A stretch of DNA of 53,928 bases from a virus. A program made the translations under genes and the position numbers. Where the stretch lies: the IMG/VR virus record IMGVR_UViG_3300045988_144911, one strand, 5' to 3'. Position 1 is the first letter of the stretch. Each line of letters opens with the position of its first letter. The notes below the pieces were generated by a model that saw only the letters and a list, made by a program, of their open reading frames with translations, was not told where the DNA came from and searched no databases. This document shows, piece after piece, positions 42,101 to 50,667 of the stretch.

Positions 42101-45100
42101 GTCGTATACACCCTGATTCGCCACGCTCTTTCCTGTCGTGATGTCAACAGCCGCAAGGAATTCCATAAGCGGCTTCCTCATCGCCTCGGTGAAGTGGTTC
42201 TCCGTCGTCGGACCGGAGAGCATCGACGATGCTTCGGTATACCTGCGCAGCACCCTGTTCCGGAGAATCGTCTGTTTCTGCTTCTCGGAACGGTTTTTGA
42301 ACTGCTCCGCATATTTTTCCTTCAGCGAAGTTATGGCTTTTTCTCTCTGCTCCTTGAGCTGCGCTATCCGCTTACGCATGGCATTTATACTAACCGTATT
42401 TTCCCCGTTGTAAAGAAGCTCGGATATCGCTCTGCCGATGGATTTCTTGACGAGCTGTTCTTCGTAGGAAAGCACGTTGCTTTCTCCGATGCCGTTGATA
42501 CGCATATTTCTCGCGAGGTCGGCAATAAGCACAGCCTGTTCCGTACCGTCTGTTATGTTGTCGGGGAAATACTCCGGATAGATTTCCGACAGCTCGGCAT
42601 ATACCTCCGAAAGAGCGCGTCCCTTCTGCTCATTCACAAGCCCGACGATACCGAAAAGCGATTTCCTGAAATCCGACCACGTTTCAAATCCGGCAGCTTT
42701 CGCAACAGAAGCACGGATCTCTGTCGGAACGAAAATCTTCTCCGTGCGGAGCTTCTTTTTTACGTCTCTCGCTTCGTTGTATTCGTCTCTCAGAGGCGAC
42801 ACCCAATCATATATCTCGTTTTCGATGTCTCCGACCATTGCGGCAAGAATGTCCGCGTCGTGCCTGTAGTCCCTTCCGAGAGCTTTGCCGTCGAGACGAT
42901 TCTCATAAGCATACCGGAAAAGCCTTTTAACCGTGTCCAGAAGCTGTTCTCTCGGAATGCGTTCTCCCGATGTCTCCGAAAGATCCGCGATCCGGTTGAG
43001 AAATTCATTGAATTTGTACGGATATCCGCTCTTGTAATATCTCTCTTTCGAGAATTTCTCAAGCACGTTCTTTATGGCTTTGTCTTCTGCTTCTATGGTT
43101 TCCGTTTCACTTTGTGCAGATTTCACAAGAGAATGTCTCTCGTCAGAGGAATCTTTTTCAATGCTCTGCATAGACTGTGTATTGACAACTGAATCATTTT
43201 GTGATACACTGTTGTCAGAGCGTTGAGCACCTGTATTAACGGAATTCTTCTGAATTCCAAGAGGAGGCGACGCTTTTATTTTTTTGTTCGGTCTCAGACC
43301 GATGTTATAAACATAGCTGTCGCCACCGCTTCTACGGACGTTTGCAAGAAGGTCGTAAACTTCGTTGTCTATCTGCACCGTCTTGACGTAATAATCCCAA
43401 AAGCCAATACCATTGTGCGCAGAATTACTCTTGCCCTGCTCCGCGTTGCTCCCGGTATAATCCGCATTCTCAACAAGTTCAAAGATATCTCCGTCCGCGC
43501 CTGCGCGGATTTTTGCTTTCCAACCCTTTTCGGAAGACTGATTGTCTCCGTAAATGTTTTTCTTGACATCCGTATCTTCAAACGTTGCATAGTACGCATG
43601 ACCGTTCCGGATGAATTTCGCGGTTCTTCCACGGTAGTCATTCTTCATGATCTCCTCAAACCGCTTCATTCTTTCCTTGTTCGTGAGATTCTTTATGTCG
43701 TCGCTTGTTTCGTATACCTCAATTCCGTCTTTGTTCGTTCCGGCAAGCGACCACCGTATATCCCGGTTCCCGCTGTCAAACCTCTCGGTAAGCGGAATGA
43801 CGTTGCCGCTGTCGTCGTAGGTTATCGGGTCGGCGGATTTGACCTGTTCGGAACTTCTTATGACGTATGAAAATCCGCGCGAAACCGGCTTTCCGTCAAC
43901 AAGGTCGCCGCCCTCGTCAAGGATTATGCTGTCATAATCAAGCCCGTTTTCGTCAATGAATTCCGCAATGTCATATCCGTCAGTCCAGTCGGGAAGCCCG
44001 GATTCCTGAACCTTGCTCAGCCCGTATTCGGAACGCATTTTATCAAAGATTTCCCGGCATTCCGGTTTCCTTGTGTCAAACGCGTTTCCGAGGTTGGCGT
44101 AAACTTCATAGAGAGAACTATTGTCTCCGGGTTTTGCATAACGGGAGGCATATTTTTTGTTCTCGGTGAAATACGACCAGTCGCGGAACTCGGTAAAGCC
44201 GCCGCCCTTCTTTGAGCCGTGCCAGAACAGTCGGTCATACCCGTTCGCCTTGGCTGCTTCATCCACAAGTCTGCGCTGTTCTTCGGTATCGCCCGATTCC
44301 GCCGCCTCGTCAACAAGCCTCTGCTGTTCCTCGACATTTCCGGATTCAACGGCTTTCATGTACTCGTCGTTCGCACGGGCGAGAGAATATCTGAACCTGT
44401 CAAGCCCTGACTGCTCTCTCACTTCACCGGTCTCGTAAAAGTGTTTTATGTCGTTCACGATCCTTGTGGGGTTGATGTTGCCCTCGTATTCAAGCGTGCC
44501 GACGGTTTTTCCGGTTTCGTCCGAAAGGTCAACAGCAAAATAACCACCGTCCGAAAACTCATTCGCGAATCTGCGGATAGTGGTATATTGCTCTTTTGAC
44601 GGCTCGGTCGAAGCGGAAATGTCAAGTCCGGGAGTCTCCGCCATGATACGGATATTTCCGTCATTCATGAAGCGGACAAGCGCATCGGTTCCCTTGGTAT
44701 TTTCGTATATCGCATCGATGGCTCTGTGGTCTTCACCGCGCGAACCGTAATGCTGCCCCTTCTCGCCCGAGAAATTCAGCATCTTTCCGTTCGGCACGAT
44801 ATATCCCGCGTCGTAGAAATACGGTGTATACCCGAATTCCTTCACCGCCTGTTTGCGGAAATAGTCGGCTTCACTCAGCCCCGATTTTTCGATAGCAGCC
44901 AGTTCTCCGGTGCTTGCTCTGCCCGAACCGCTTTCCGAACTTTTTTCAATGTCGGCTCTCAGCGCATCGCGGCGGTCAACAAGGTCGGCATATCCGGATT
45001 CTTTTCTCCAAGCCTGATATGCTTTCATGCCTTCCGCAATATTGTCGCTGTTTATAGCCTTGCTCAAATCGTCATTTGCTTTTTTGAACGCGTCGGATTT

Positions 45101-48100
45101 CTCAATTTCCCTGATCCGGTTCGTCAGCTCCGTTTCTTCTCTCTGCAGCTCTGCTACGGTGTCAGCGGAGGACGCAAGCGAAAACCTCTTTTCAGGTTTC
45201 GATACTTCGTTCAGTCTTTTTCCGGCTTCCGAACCCGCACCAAGCGCCCCATTCTGGCTATCAGTTCCCCTGTTTCCTCGTCGTAATCCTCCGTTGCGTC
45301 GTTCAGAATCCAGTATTTCGGCACTTTCAGAAACGCCAGCGGTCGGAATTTTTCCGGTCCGGTATATTTCGCCCGGTCTCCTTCCGTTCTCATCCGCATC
45401 AGACAGTCGTCCAGCCTTTCCTCGGTCATTTCGTCTTCTCTTGACCACCTCATCAGCAGATGTCTGTACATCCGTTTGTTCGATATCATAAGAAACTCCC
45501 TCCTTCAGGATCGTATCAATCTGCTTCTTATTATATCCAATTGCTTTGAGGTTGTCAACGATCTTTTTGAAAACCTCGTCATAAGAGAATACTTCGCCGT
45601 TGTTTTCTATCGGCAAAGCCCGACGCTCTTCCTCCGTCATGTCAAGCCGCTGAGATACATTTCTTGCTTCTGTCTCTCCGTAGTTCTGGAAATAATAATA
45701 TTTCGCATAGTCCCCGAGCGAGGCTCCGCCCTTGGCTTCAAGATATCCGATAAGATAGTTCATCTTGTCCTGCGGCTTACTTTCGGCAACGAATTCCGGG
45801 TTGTTCTTTATGAGATCATAGGCGAGGTTCACCGCATAAAACATTCCGGTTTTCGGGCTTGTCCCGCGAACAAACCCCTCTGCCTGCTGAATAGCGTGCT
45901 GCAATTCATGTGAAAGTACATATTTTGCTTTTTCTGAAGTCAGTCCTTTTTTGAGTTCGATGAATTTTCCGTCAGGAGAGTATTTTCCGTTCGTTGCTGG
46001 CGACCCTCCGGTCACAACATCAACCATATGCACCGGAATATCCGCAATCCAAGGATAAGCCGCGAACAGCCTGTCGTGCTTCACATAGTCTCCGACCGTC
46101 TGCGGGTTGTCAACATACCCGTCGGGATTGAACCGCATCTCTTTGTCGCTTATCTCATATCTCCACTTTCCGTCTTTTCCGAGCCACCATCCGGTTCTTT
46201 TTCGGATAGTGTCCATCGAAACTCCGTTCTGATACATCTGATAAGCTCCGCCGAGCGAGTTCAGATCGGCAGTCCGCGAGTTCGCCCCCGCAAGACTGTG
46301 ACGTTTTCCTTCGCCACTCTCAACCGCAGCTTCGCCTTTGACATCCGTCCCGTAAGCCCTCTTAAGCTCCCCGGTCAGCATATCTCTCAGCCTCTCCGCT
46401 GCCTGTCTCTGCTCGACCGCAAGATAGGCATCCCTGCCCCTGATACGCGCAATAAACCTCTCAAGAGCGTTCAGAATCCGTTTGATGATCCCCGGCTTGT
46501 TCCGGTTCATCGCCCAGAAGATGTTCTCCCCGGCTTTGCTTGAATGCCCCATGTCGTCAACCGCCGCGCCGAACATATCCGCCATGATCTCTTCAAATAT
46601 GTACGCATCGTTGACCACTTTCTCGGCAGAAGCGCGTCTCTGCTCCTCCGTGCCTTTCATCTCAAGCATCGCCTGTTCGGTGTACGCGTCAACGTATCTG
46701 CGCCAGTTCTTCTCTTTCTGCGCGTCCTCCGACCTCCACGAACGGTCGTCCGGATGCTCAAGCCGTCCCTTAAGGTCGAATGCGTCATACTGCGTCCCGG
46801 CAACAGCCTTTATGAAATCCAAGGTTAGCCCAGAATCCGCGTGCGCTATCTCATGCGCGATCGTCTGCGTCACCGCACGGTCGAACGAAACACTTTTCCC
46901 GGAATTGAGAACAAACCCGTTTCCGTCCGCCGCCAGTTCAAGTTTTACAACGTTTTCGACCCCGTTCCAGTCTCGGCTGACTTTTATCGTGTTTGTGCTT
47001 TTGTCAAAGTATGCGCCGGACTTCATTCCGTCTGCCGTCTCAACATTGTCAACGACCTCGATGTTGACTCCCATCTTCTTCAGAGGCTTGCGGAGTGAAT
47101 CAACAATTTTGTCAACCTCTCCGGCGCGTACAAGTCTGCCCATCTCGCGGAAATCGTCCATTGCTTTTGCAAGTGAATTGTTCCGGGAAGCGGCTTCTTT
47201 CAGTTCTCCGATCCGCTGTGCTTTTTCCTCTGCCGTAATGGAATCGGAGCTTTCGATGTTCTTGATTTCCTGCTCGATTCCGGCATTCTCGTTTCTGAAA
47301 AATGCGTCCTGTTCCGCTTTGCTGTTGAGGTTTGCAAGTGCAGAAGCGTTCTCTGCCGAATACCTCTCGTCCTGATACGCGCTGAAATCCGCCCTGACCC
47401 GCTTTTTAGCCGTTTCCTGCGTTGTTTTTGTCTCTGATGAGTTAGTACCGCCCTCGCCGGAAACGTTCGCTGCAGGCGATTCTGTGAACCCTGATAGGTC
47501 ACCGCCGTTTATGACATAATTCCTCACCGTCTCAAGAAACCTGTGCTGACGGTTCGTCGCATCAATGGTAGCCTTGGTCTCCGCGCTCTTTACCTTCTCG
47601 CTGTTGCGCAGACGGCTGTTCTCGGCGCGGTTCGCCTGTATCGCCTGATCGATGATGACCGCCGCGTTCTTGTGTCCCTCGGTTGCCGTTTTGCCGCTCT
47701 CAATCGCACTCTGCGCGGCTTTCAGCGTGTCGGATGAGTTCTTTATAATGTCAAGCGTCTGCCGCACGGAGGCGCGTTTCTGCGACACCGTAGTTCCGCC
47801 GATTCTCAGTCCGGTCAGCCGCTCAAACGCCGCGAGCGTACCCCTGTCCTTGAGAATGTTCCGTTCAATGTCCTTGTTCGACAGCTCCCCCATGGAAAGA
47901 AGACTGAACATCTTTTCGTCATTTCCGGAGGTAACGTCAACCTTGGTCTCCTGCGCGCTCTTCGCTTTTTCAAGAACCGCCTGTATAGAATCCGCATTTA
48001 TTTTTCCGGAGGAGATAAGATTCTTTATCTGATTCAGATTGTCAATTGAAGCATCAATGTTCGCGGAAATTTCGGAAGCCTGATTCTTACCATACTTTTT

Positions 48101-50575
48101 TTTGGCATAGGATTTGAGATATTCATACCAGTCCTTGCCCTCAGAGATTATCTCAGCCGCCGCCTTTGCATCTCCTTTTTTCAGAGCATCGGAAGCATCG
48201 TTGAGTATAGAATAATCGATTTTCTTTGCGTTGTTGTAAAGCCCCTCTGCATTGCCGGGATCGATTGCGGAAATCTGTGCGTCGGCGTTTGCTTTCCCGG
48301 TTCTGTATGCGCCGGCGATCGTCAGCGACGAGCTTGCAAGACCGGAGATAAACCCGCCGGCTCCAGCCCAGCCGATGTCAGCCGCAACCTCTCCCGCAGC
48401 CTTTTTAACAGCCTCTTCGCGGGTCATGCCGTCTCTTACATACTCCGTGACCTTTCTGTCGTAATCCGAATCGTAGCCTTTGCTTATTTTGTCAATGACC
48501 GTGTTTGCAATCTCGGTGAACACTTCTTCGGAAGCCTCAACCCCGTTCTGCGTGAGGATCATCTTTATTGCTTTTTTCGGTATGGTCGGCTTTGACTCAA
48601 CAATGTTCCTGATGCTCGACAGGTTCTCTATCGACAGATACTCAAAGGTCGCCTCTGCAATTCCGGACAGAAGCGATTCCCAGTATATCTGGCTGCTCGA
48701 TGCGCCGGATTCATAAAGCTCCGCCGCCTTCGATGCCGCCGCAGAACCGCCCATCGATATAGTGTACAGCTTTCCGAGAGTCGCCATTCCGAATGCCGAG
48801 TCGACTCCGGACATAAGCGACTGATATACCTGTGACATGACGTTCTGCCCGAACATCTCCCAGCCGATGCTGTCCTCGATGTCCTTTGCAACAAGCCCTC
48901 TCGCCTCGCGTCCCGCAACAGAAAACAGATTGTAATTCTCGTAGGGATTATATCCTTTGCCTTCCCAATCGCCTTTTGAAGCAAGGTCGAGTCTCTGCCC
49001 TATTTCACCAATGGTCGAAATCCCGCCTCCCAAGACATTCAGCGGAACGGATGCCGCAGAATAAGCAATGTCTCCCGCCGTTTTGTTTAATCCCTCGTTG
49101 CTGTCGGCAATAAGATATCCGAGAGCCGCACCACCAAGCCCGCCGAAGGTGTTTGCAAGAGCCGCCGCGCTGACGTTCCCGAATATTTTGCTGTTTTTCA
49201 GATCCCGGATAAACTGCTTGACCTCTTCGGTATTGCGGTAATCAAGAGTGACATCCATATCTTCAAGATATTTGTCCGCCGCCTCTTTTCCCTGCGTACC
49301 GAGCAGATAATAATATACCCGCTTTTCATCATCAGTCATAAGTCCGTAATGATATCCGAGCGCATCCCGTTTTGCGGCGCCGAGATCGGAAGACCATACA
49401 GTTGTACTGTCCGTCTTGTTACCGTATTTGTCGTTGGTCAGATCCTCATAGAATCTCAGCTTGTTTACGATGCTTGGCGCGTCCTGACCTTTGGTATCTT
49501 CTGCAGTAAGTATCGGATCACTCGCTTTTCGCTTGTTGTATGCTTCCGCACGTTTTTGTGTCGCGGCATTTTCATAATTGAGATAATCCTCAAACGTCGG
49601 ATTCTCTACCGCCTTGCCGGATATAACTCCCTGAAGAAAATCCTCGTTGTTCGCAAGATTCCGGTATCCCGCCGCTGTTCTCATCCTGTCAACGTTGTTC
49701 AGCGCAAAAGACTCAAGCTGATATTCCTGCGTCAGCCAGTTCAGAACCTCGTCGTCGGTCATGCCGTCAAGACCGTACTGTTGCTTTGCCTCATTTATCG
49801 CCGTTCTGTTGTATGCCTTTTTTCCGCTCCTTGCGTTTGATACGAGCTGTCCTGTCGAAAGAGAGTCACTCGATGTGTTGATTCTGTCAAGATACCCCTT
49901 CAGCTCGGCAAGGTTTTTCTTCCCCGCCTCCGCGTCATAATCGTTGACGATATAGTCCTCGTCACGCCTTTTATCGGTGCGGTAATTGAAGTCAGCCTCG
50001 TTTTTGTACTGCCCATAATACGCCCCGAGGTCGCCGAAAAACTTAATCTCACTGCCATAAGCCTTTATCTGCTCCCCGACCGCCTTCTTCTGATCATCGC
50101 TCCCGCCGTATGTGTTGTAATACTCCGCAAGCGCATTCAGCCTGTCGCGCATCTTTTTGACCTGATCCGACGAGCCGTTTATCGTCTCCTGAGAATAGTA
50201 CTTCGACGGGTCGAACTGCGTGCCGTAGGTCGATGAAATGCTCTTCGCAAGAGCCTCCATGTCGTCATTCAGCGTCTCGGCTCCGACCTTGTTCCATGCC
50301 GCATTCCTCGCGTCGCGTTTCGTGATGAAATCACTTGCATTCTTCGCCTCTCCCGATGCAAGCGCGGCTTTGTATTGATCCCATAAAGAGCCGCCCTTGT
50401 AGTTCGGAATTCTGTTCTGCTTTGCCGCCGCCGCAAGACGTTCCTCGCGATTCTTCTTTATCGCCTCCTCGCGCTTCCTCTCGTCCTCGCGTCTCTTCTT
50501 AACGTCGGAAACCGCTCTGTCTGCAAGGCTTTGCGTGATCTTATAAAGGTCTTCGGTTGATATCCTGTTTCCCAT
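39143..50575 (-). CDS. giant polyvalent multi-domain protein (3,810 aa)
   Basis: Uninterrupted 11,433-nt ORF with RBS AAGGAGA. Contains HEIAH and HELQH metallopeptidase-type motifs, an H-Y-E ART signature and a Gly-rich hydrophobic segment. Confidence 0.9.
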   Translation of the reverse strand: MGNRISTEDLYKITQSLADRAVSDVKKRREDERKREEAIKKNREERLAAAAKQNRIPNYKGGSLWDQYKAALASGEAKNASDFITKRDARNAAWNKVGAETLNDDMEALAKSISSTYGTQFDPSKYYSQETINGSSDQVKKMRDRLNALAEYYNTYGGSDDQKKAVGEQIKAYGSEIKFFGDLGAYYGQYKNEADFNYRTDKRRDEDYIVNDYDAEAGKKNLAELKGYLDRINTSSDSLSTGQLVSNARSGKKAYNRTAINEAKQQYGLDGMTDDEVLNWLTQEYQLESFALNNVDRMRTAAGYRNLANNEDFLQGVISGKAVENPTFEDYLNYENAATQKRAEAYNKRKASDPILTAEDTKGQDAPSIVNKLRFYEDLTNDKYGNKTDSTTVWSSDLGAAKRDALGYHYGLMTDDEKRVYYYLLGTQGKEAADKYLEDMDVTLDYRNTEEVKQFIRDLKNSKIFGNVSAAALANTFGGLGGAALGYLIADSNEGLNKTAGDIAYSAASVPLNVLGGGISTIGEIGQRLDLASKGDWEGKGYNPYENYNLFSVAGREARGLVAKDIEDSIGWEMFGQNVMSQVYQSLMSGVDSAFGMATLGKLYTISMGGSAAASKAAELYESGASSSQIYWESLLSGIAEATFEYLSIENLSSIRNIVESKPTIPKKAIKMILTQNGVEASEEVFTEIANTVIDKISKGYDSDYDRKVTEYVRDGMTREEAVKKAAGEVAADIGWAGAGGFISGLASSSLTIAGAYRTGKANADAQISAIDPGNAEGLYNNAKKIDYSILNDASDALKKGDAKAAAEIISEGKDWYEYLKSYAKKKYGKNQASEISANIDASIDNLNQIKNLISSGKINADSIQAVLEKAKSAQETKVDVTSGNDEKMFSLLSMGELSNKDIERNILKDRGTLAAFERLTGLRIGGTTVSQKRASVRQTLDIIKNSSDTLKAAQSAIESGKTATEGHKNAAVIIDQAIQANRAENSRLRNSEKVKSAETKATIDATNRQHRFLETVRNYVINGGDLSGFTESPAANVSGEGGTNSSETKTTQETAKKRVRADFSAYQDERYSAENASALANLNSKAEQDAFFRNENAGIEQEIKNIESSDSITAEEKAQRIGELKEAASRNNSLAKAMDDFREMGRLVRAGEVDKIVDSLRKPLKKMGVNIEVVDNVETADGMKSGAYFDKSTNTIKVSRDWNGVENVVKLELAADGNGFVLNSGKSVSFDRAVTQTIAHEIAHADSGLTLDFIKAVAGTQYDAFDLKGRLEHPDDRSWRSEDAQKEKNWRRYVDAYTEQAMLEMKGTEEQRRASAEKVVNDAYIFEEIMADMFGAAVDDMGHSSKAGENIFWAMNRNKPGIIKRILNALERFIARIRGRDAYLAVEQRQAAERLRDMLTGELKRAYGTDVKGEAAVESGEGKRHSLAGANSRTADLNSLGGAYQMYQNGVSMDTIRKRTGWWLGKDGKWRYEISDKEMRFNPDGYVDNPQTVGDYVKHDRLFAAYPWIADIPVHMVDVVTGGSPATNGKYSPDGKFIELKKGLTSEKAKYVLSHELQHAIQQAEGFVRGTSPKTGMFYAVNLAYDLIKNNPEFVAESKPQDKMNYLIGYLEAKGGASLGDYAKYYYFQNYGETEARNVSQRLDMTEEERRALPIENNGEVFSYDEVFKKIVDNLKAIGYNKKQIDTILKEGVSYDIEQTDVQTSADEVVKRRRNDRGKAGRLSDADENGRRPGEIYRTGKIPTAGVSESAEILDSERRNGGLRRGNRGTDSQNGALGAGSEAGKRLNEVSKPEKRFSLASSADTVAELQREETELTNRIREIEKSDAFKKANDDLSKAINSDNIAEGMKAYQAWRKESGYADLVDRRDALRADIEKSSESGSGRASTGELAAIEKSGLSEADYFRKQAVKEFGYTPYFYDAGYIVPNGKMLNFSGEKGQHYGSRGEDHRAIDAIYENTKGTDALVRFMNDGNIRIMAETPGLDISASTEPSKEQYTTIRRFANEFSDGGYFAVDLSDETGKTVGTLEYEGNINPTRIVNDIKHFYETGEVREQSGLDRFRYSLARANDEYMKAVESGNVEEQQRLVDEAAESGDTEEQRRLVDEAAKANGYDRLFWHGSKKGGGFTEFRDWSYFTENKKYASRYAKPGDNSSLYEVYANLGNAFDTRKPECREIFDKMRSEYGLSKVQESGLPDWTDGYDIAEFIDENGLDYDSIILDEGGDLVDGKPVSRGFSYVIRSSEQVKSADPITYDDSGNVIPLTERFDSGNRDIRWSLAGTNKDGIEVYETSDDIKNLTNKERMKRFEEIMKNDYRGRTAKFIRNGHAYYATFEDTDVKKNIYGDNQSSEKGWKAKIRAGADGDIFELVENADYTGSNAEQGKSNSAHNGIGFWDYYVKTVQIDNEVYDLLANVRRSGGDSYVYNIGLRPNKKIKASPPLGIQKNSVNTGAQRSDNSVSQNDSVVNTQSMQSIEKDSSDERHSLVKSAQSETETIEAEDKAIKNVLEKFSKERYYKSGYPYKFNEFLNRIADLSETSGERIPREQLLDTVKRLFRYAYENRLDGKALGRDYRHDADILAAMVGDIENEIYDWVSPLRDEYNEARDVKKKLRTEKIFVPTEIRASVAKAAGFETWSDFRKSLFGIVGLVNEQKGRALSEVYAELSEIYPEYFPDNITDGTEQAVLIADLARNMRINGIGESNVLSYEEQLVKKSIGRAISELLYNGENTVSINAMRKRIAQLKEQREKAITSLKEKYAEQFKNRSEKQKQTILRNRVLRRYTEASSMLSGPTTENHFTEAMRKPLMEFLAAVDITTGKSVANQGVYDRILRVIEAANNATAEDGKNGLDIAETDLNVQEKQLIVDSGLLERMAAWVEANQGKKLTELSSAQLEELNGIFNQLKHLTAEIKRLYDPREGLAAKSWQAQKEIGLAKNRDRKTRVLTGFNTLRKGLEWVHYGSIDAYGFFNGIDSDVMDEQLRTFRKCQDKFGANIELLSSLMSDAIGKEGIPEGWHGKKAKEITLNLSTGTLRATPSQLMTVHLLLNQEDSRRCLFNKDGGLVIGKFKAKADVQTKENRTKNWRIFRTVSVFNEQSRKLVLNEADADKIIGSLTDAQIACADRISAILNGEAARLGNEVSMAMYGYKKYTTENYFPMRTADDYRAIADNPNYEMNLLGLSFTKERTGRAGKALVAEDIYDVIGRHLTNMAQYNAFAQELDNAKKMYALRLGNGTSLKQTLIRQYGGQADKFYRNLINNLSGTEIYASQGVEAFSEKLLSNYKAAAVAKNISVVLKQPMSIFRALPEFSSAGIKAWNSFKDLSPSQVKAEMNEMLEHSGVAKLKNWGASENMTRKSFEELYNNEPKNFLVKINDAMDSGAEFADMWTWSRLWRMSKAEIDAQNKYTKGSKEYFEAVNSKFSEVIGKTQVVQSALDSSMAVQNAGTASKFLYAFQNEPLKQYSYLTSAINDAARGKPGAKKKLVKVIASSVANTVAVSAITTLVSLWRGTLDRDDDDELWDDILKSFSENALKDILSGGLAPVWQLAETVWTAIESGAFGKTVERMDLAALTDLGGLINKYLISQNGGRPNLGMLQDIVNAASNLFGWSAKNVIRDFKAGLDRIIFDSGLVSPMTQYNYLKAWKDVELTNKAAVTEAYYDVLRDAVDRGRYSDYVKIKRDMIYHGYTETKIKNAVMKSSLMDDLYELRKVNPGSYKAKVNSIVSSVSAVSSLEGKEFEDFIESAMKRREREDGGSKTDDEVYDEMHRKMEKEVKEQLIYIDVSKRAAYIKKMLKTYGEYGITEADILKVLRKAGKA
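43680..44250 (-). other. ADP-ribosyltransferase-like module (H-Y-E type) within the giant protein
   Basis: LFWHGS (His codon at 44221-44219), WSYFTENKKYASRYA, SLYEVYANL; downstream EQVKSADPITYDDSGNVIPLTERFD. Confidence 0.55.
45655..46375 (-). other. second HExxH module within the giant protein
   Basis: GWWLGKDGKWRYEISD ... VLSHELQHAIQQAEGF (HELQH at 45896-45910) ... YGETEARNVSQR. Confidence 0.5.
46585..47128 (-). other. zincin-like metallopeptidase module within the giant protein
   Basis: VTQTIAHEIAHADSG (HEIAH at 46841-46855) with downstream FEEIMADMFG as a possible third ligand. Confidence 0.55.
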
Positions 50576-50586
50576 GTATTCTCCTT

Positions 50587-50627
50587 AAAAAATAAAACAA
50601 GGCACGTCATCGGGGGATAACGTGCCT
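50587..50627 (-). terminator. rho-independent terminator/attenuator directly upstream of the giant gene
   Basis: Minus-strand stem AGGCACGT/ACGTGCCT followed by TTGTTTTATTTTTT, then AAGGAGA and the ATG. Confidence 0.7.
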
Positions 50628-50667
50628 GCAGCTTACCGCCCCCGCGGTTGGTTTATTTATTTGTCGC

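Noticed and set aside
41540-43192. 550-aa ORF on the plus strand inside the giant gene
   Set aside because: It is antisense to a clearly coding 11.4-kb ORF, its composition is R/L/F/V-rich and typical of antisense frames, it has no RBS, and no motif is visible.
43481-43509. IRAGADGDIF in the giant protein as a possible RNA-polymerase metal-binding motif (N4/crAss-like virion RNAP idea)
   Set aside because: It has only two Asp residues in a GADGD context, not the DxDGD of double-psi-barrel RNAPs. I could find no T7-like polymerase motifs elsewhere in the protein.
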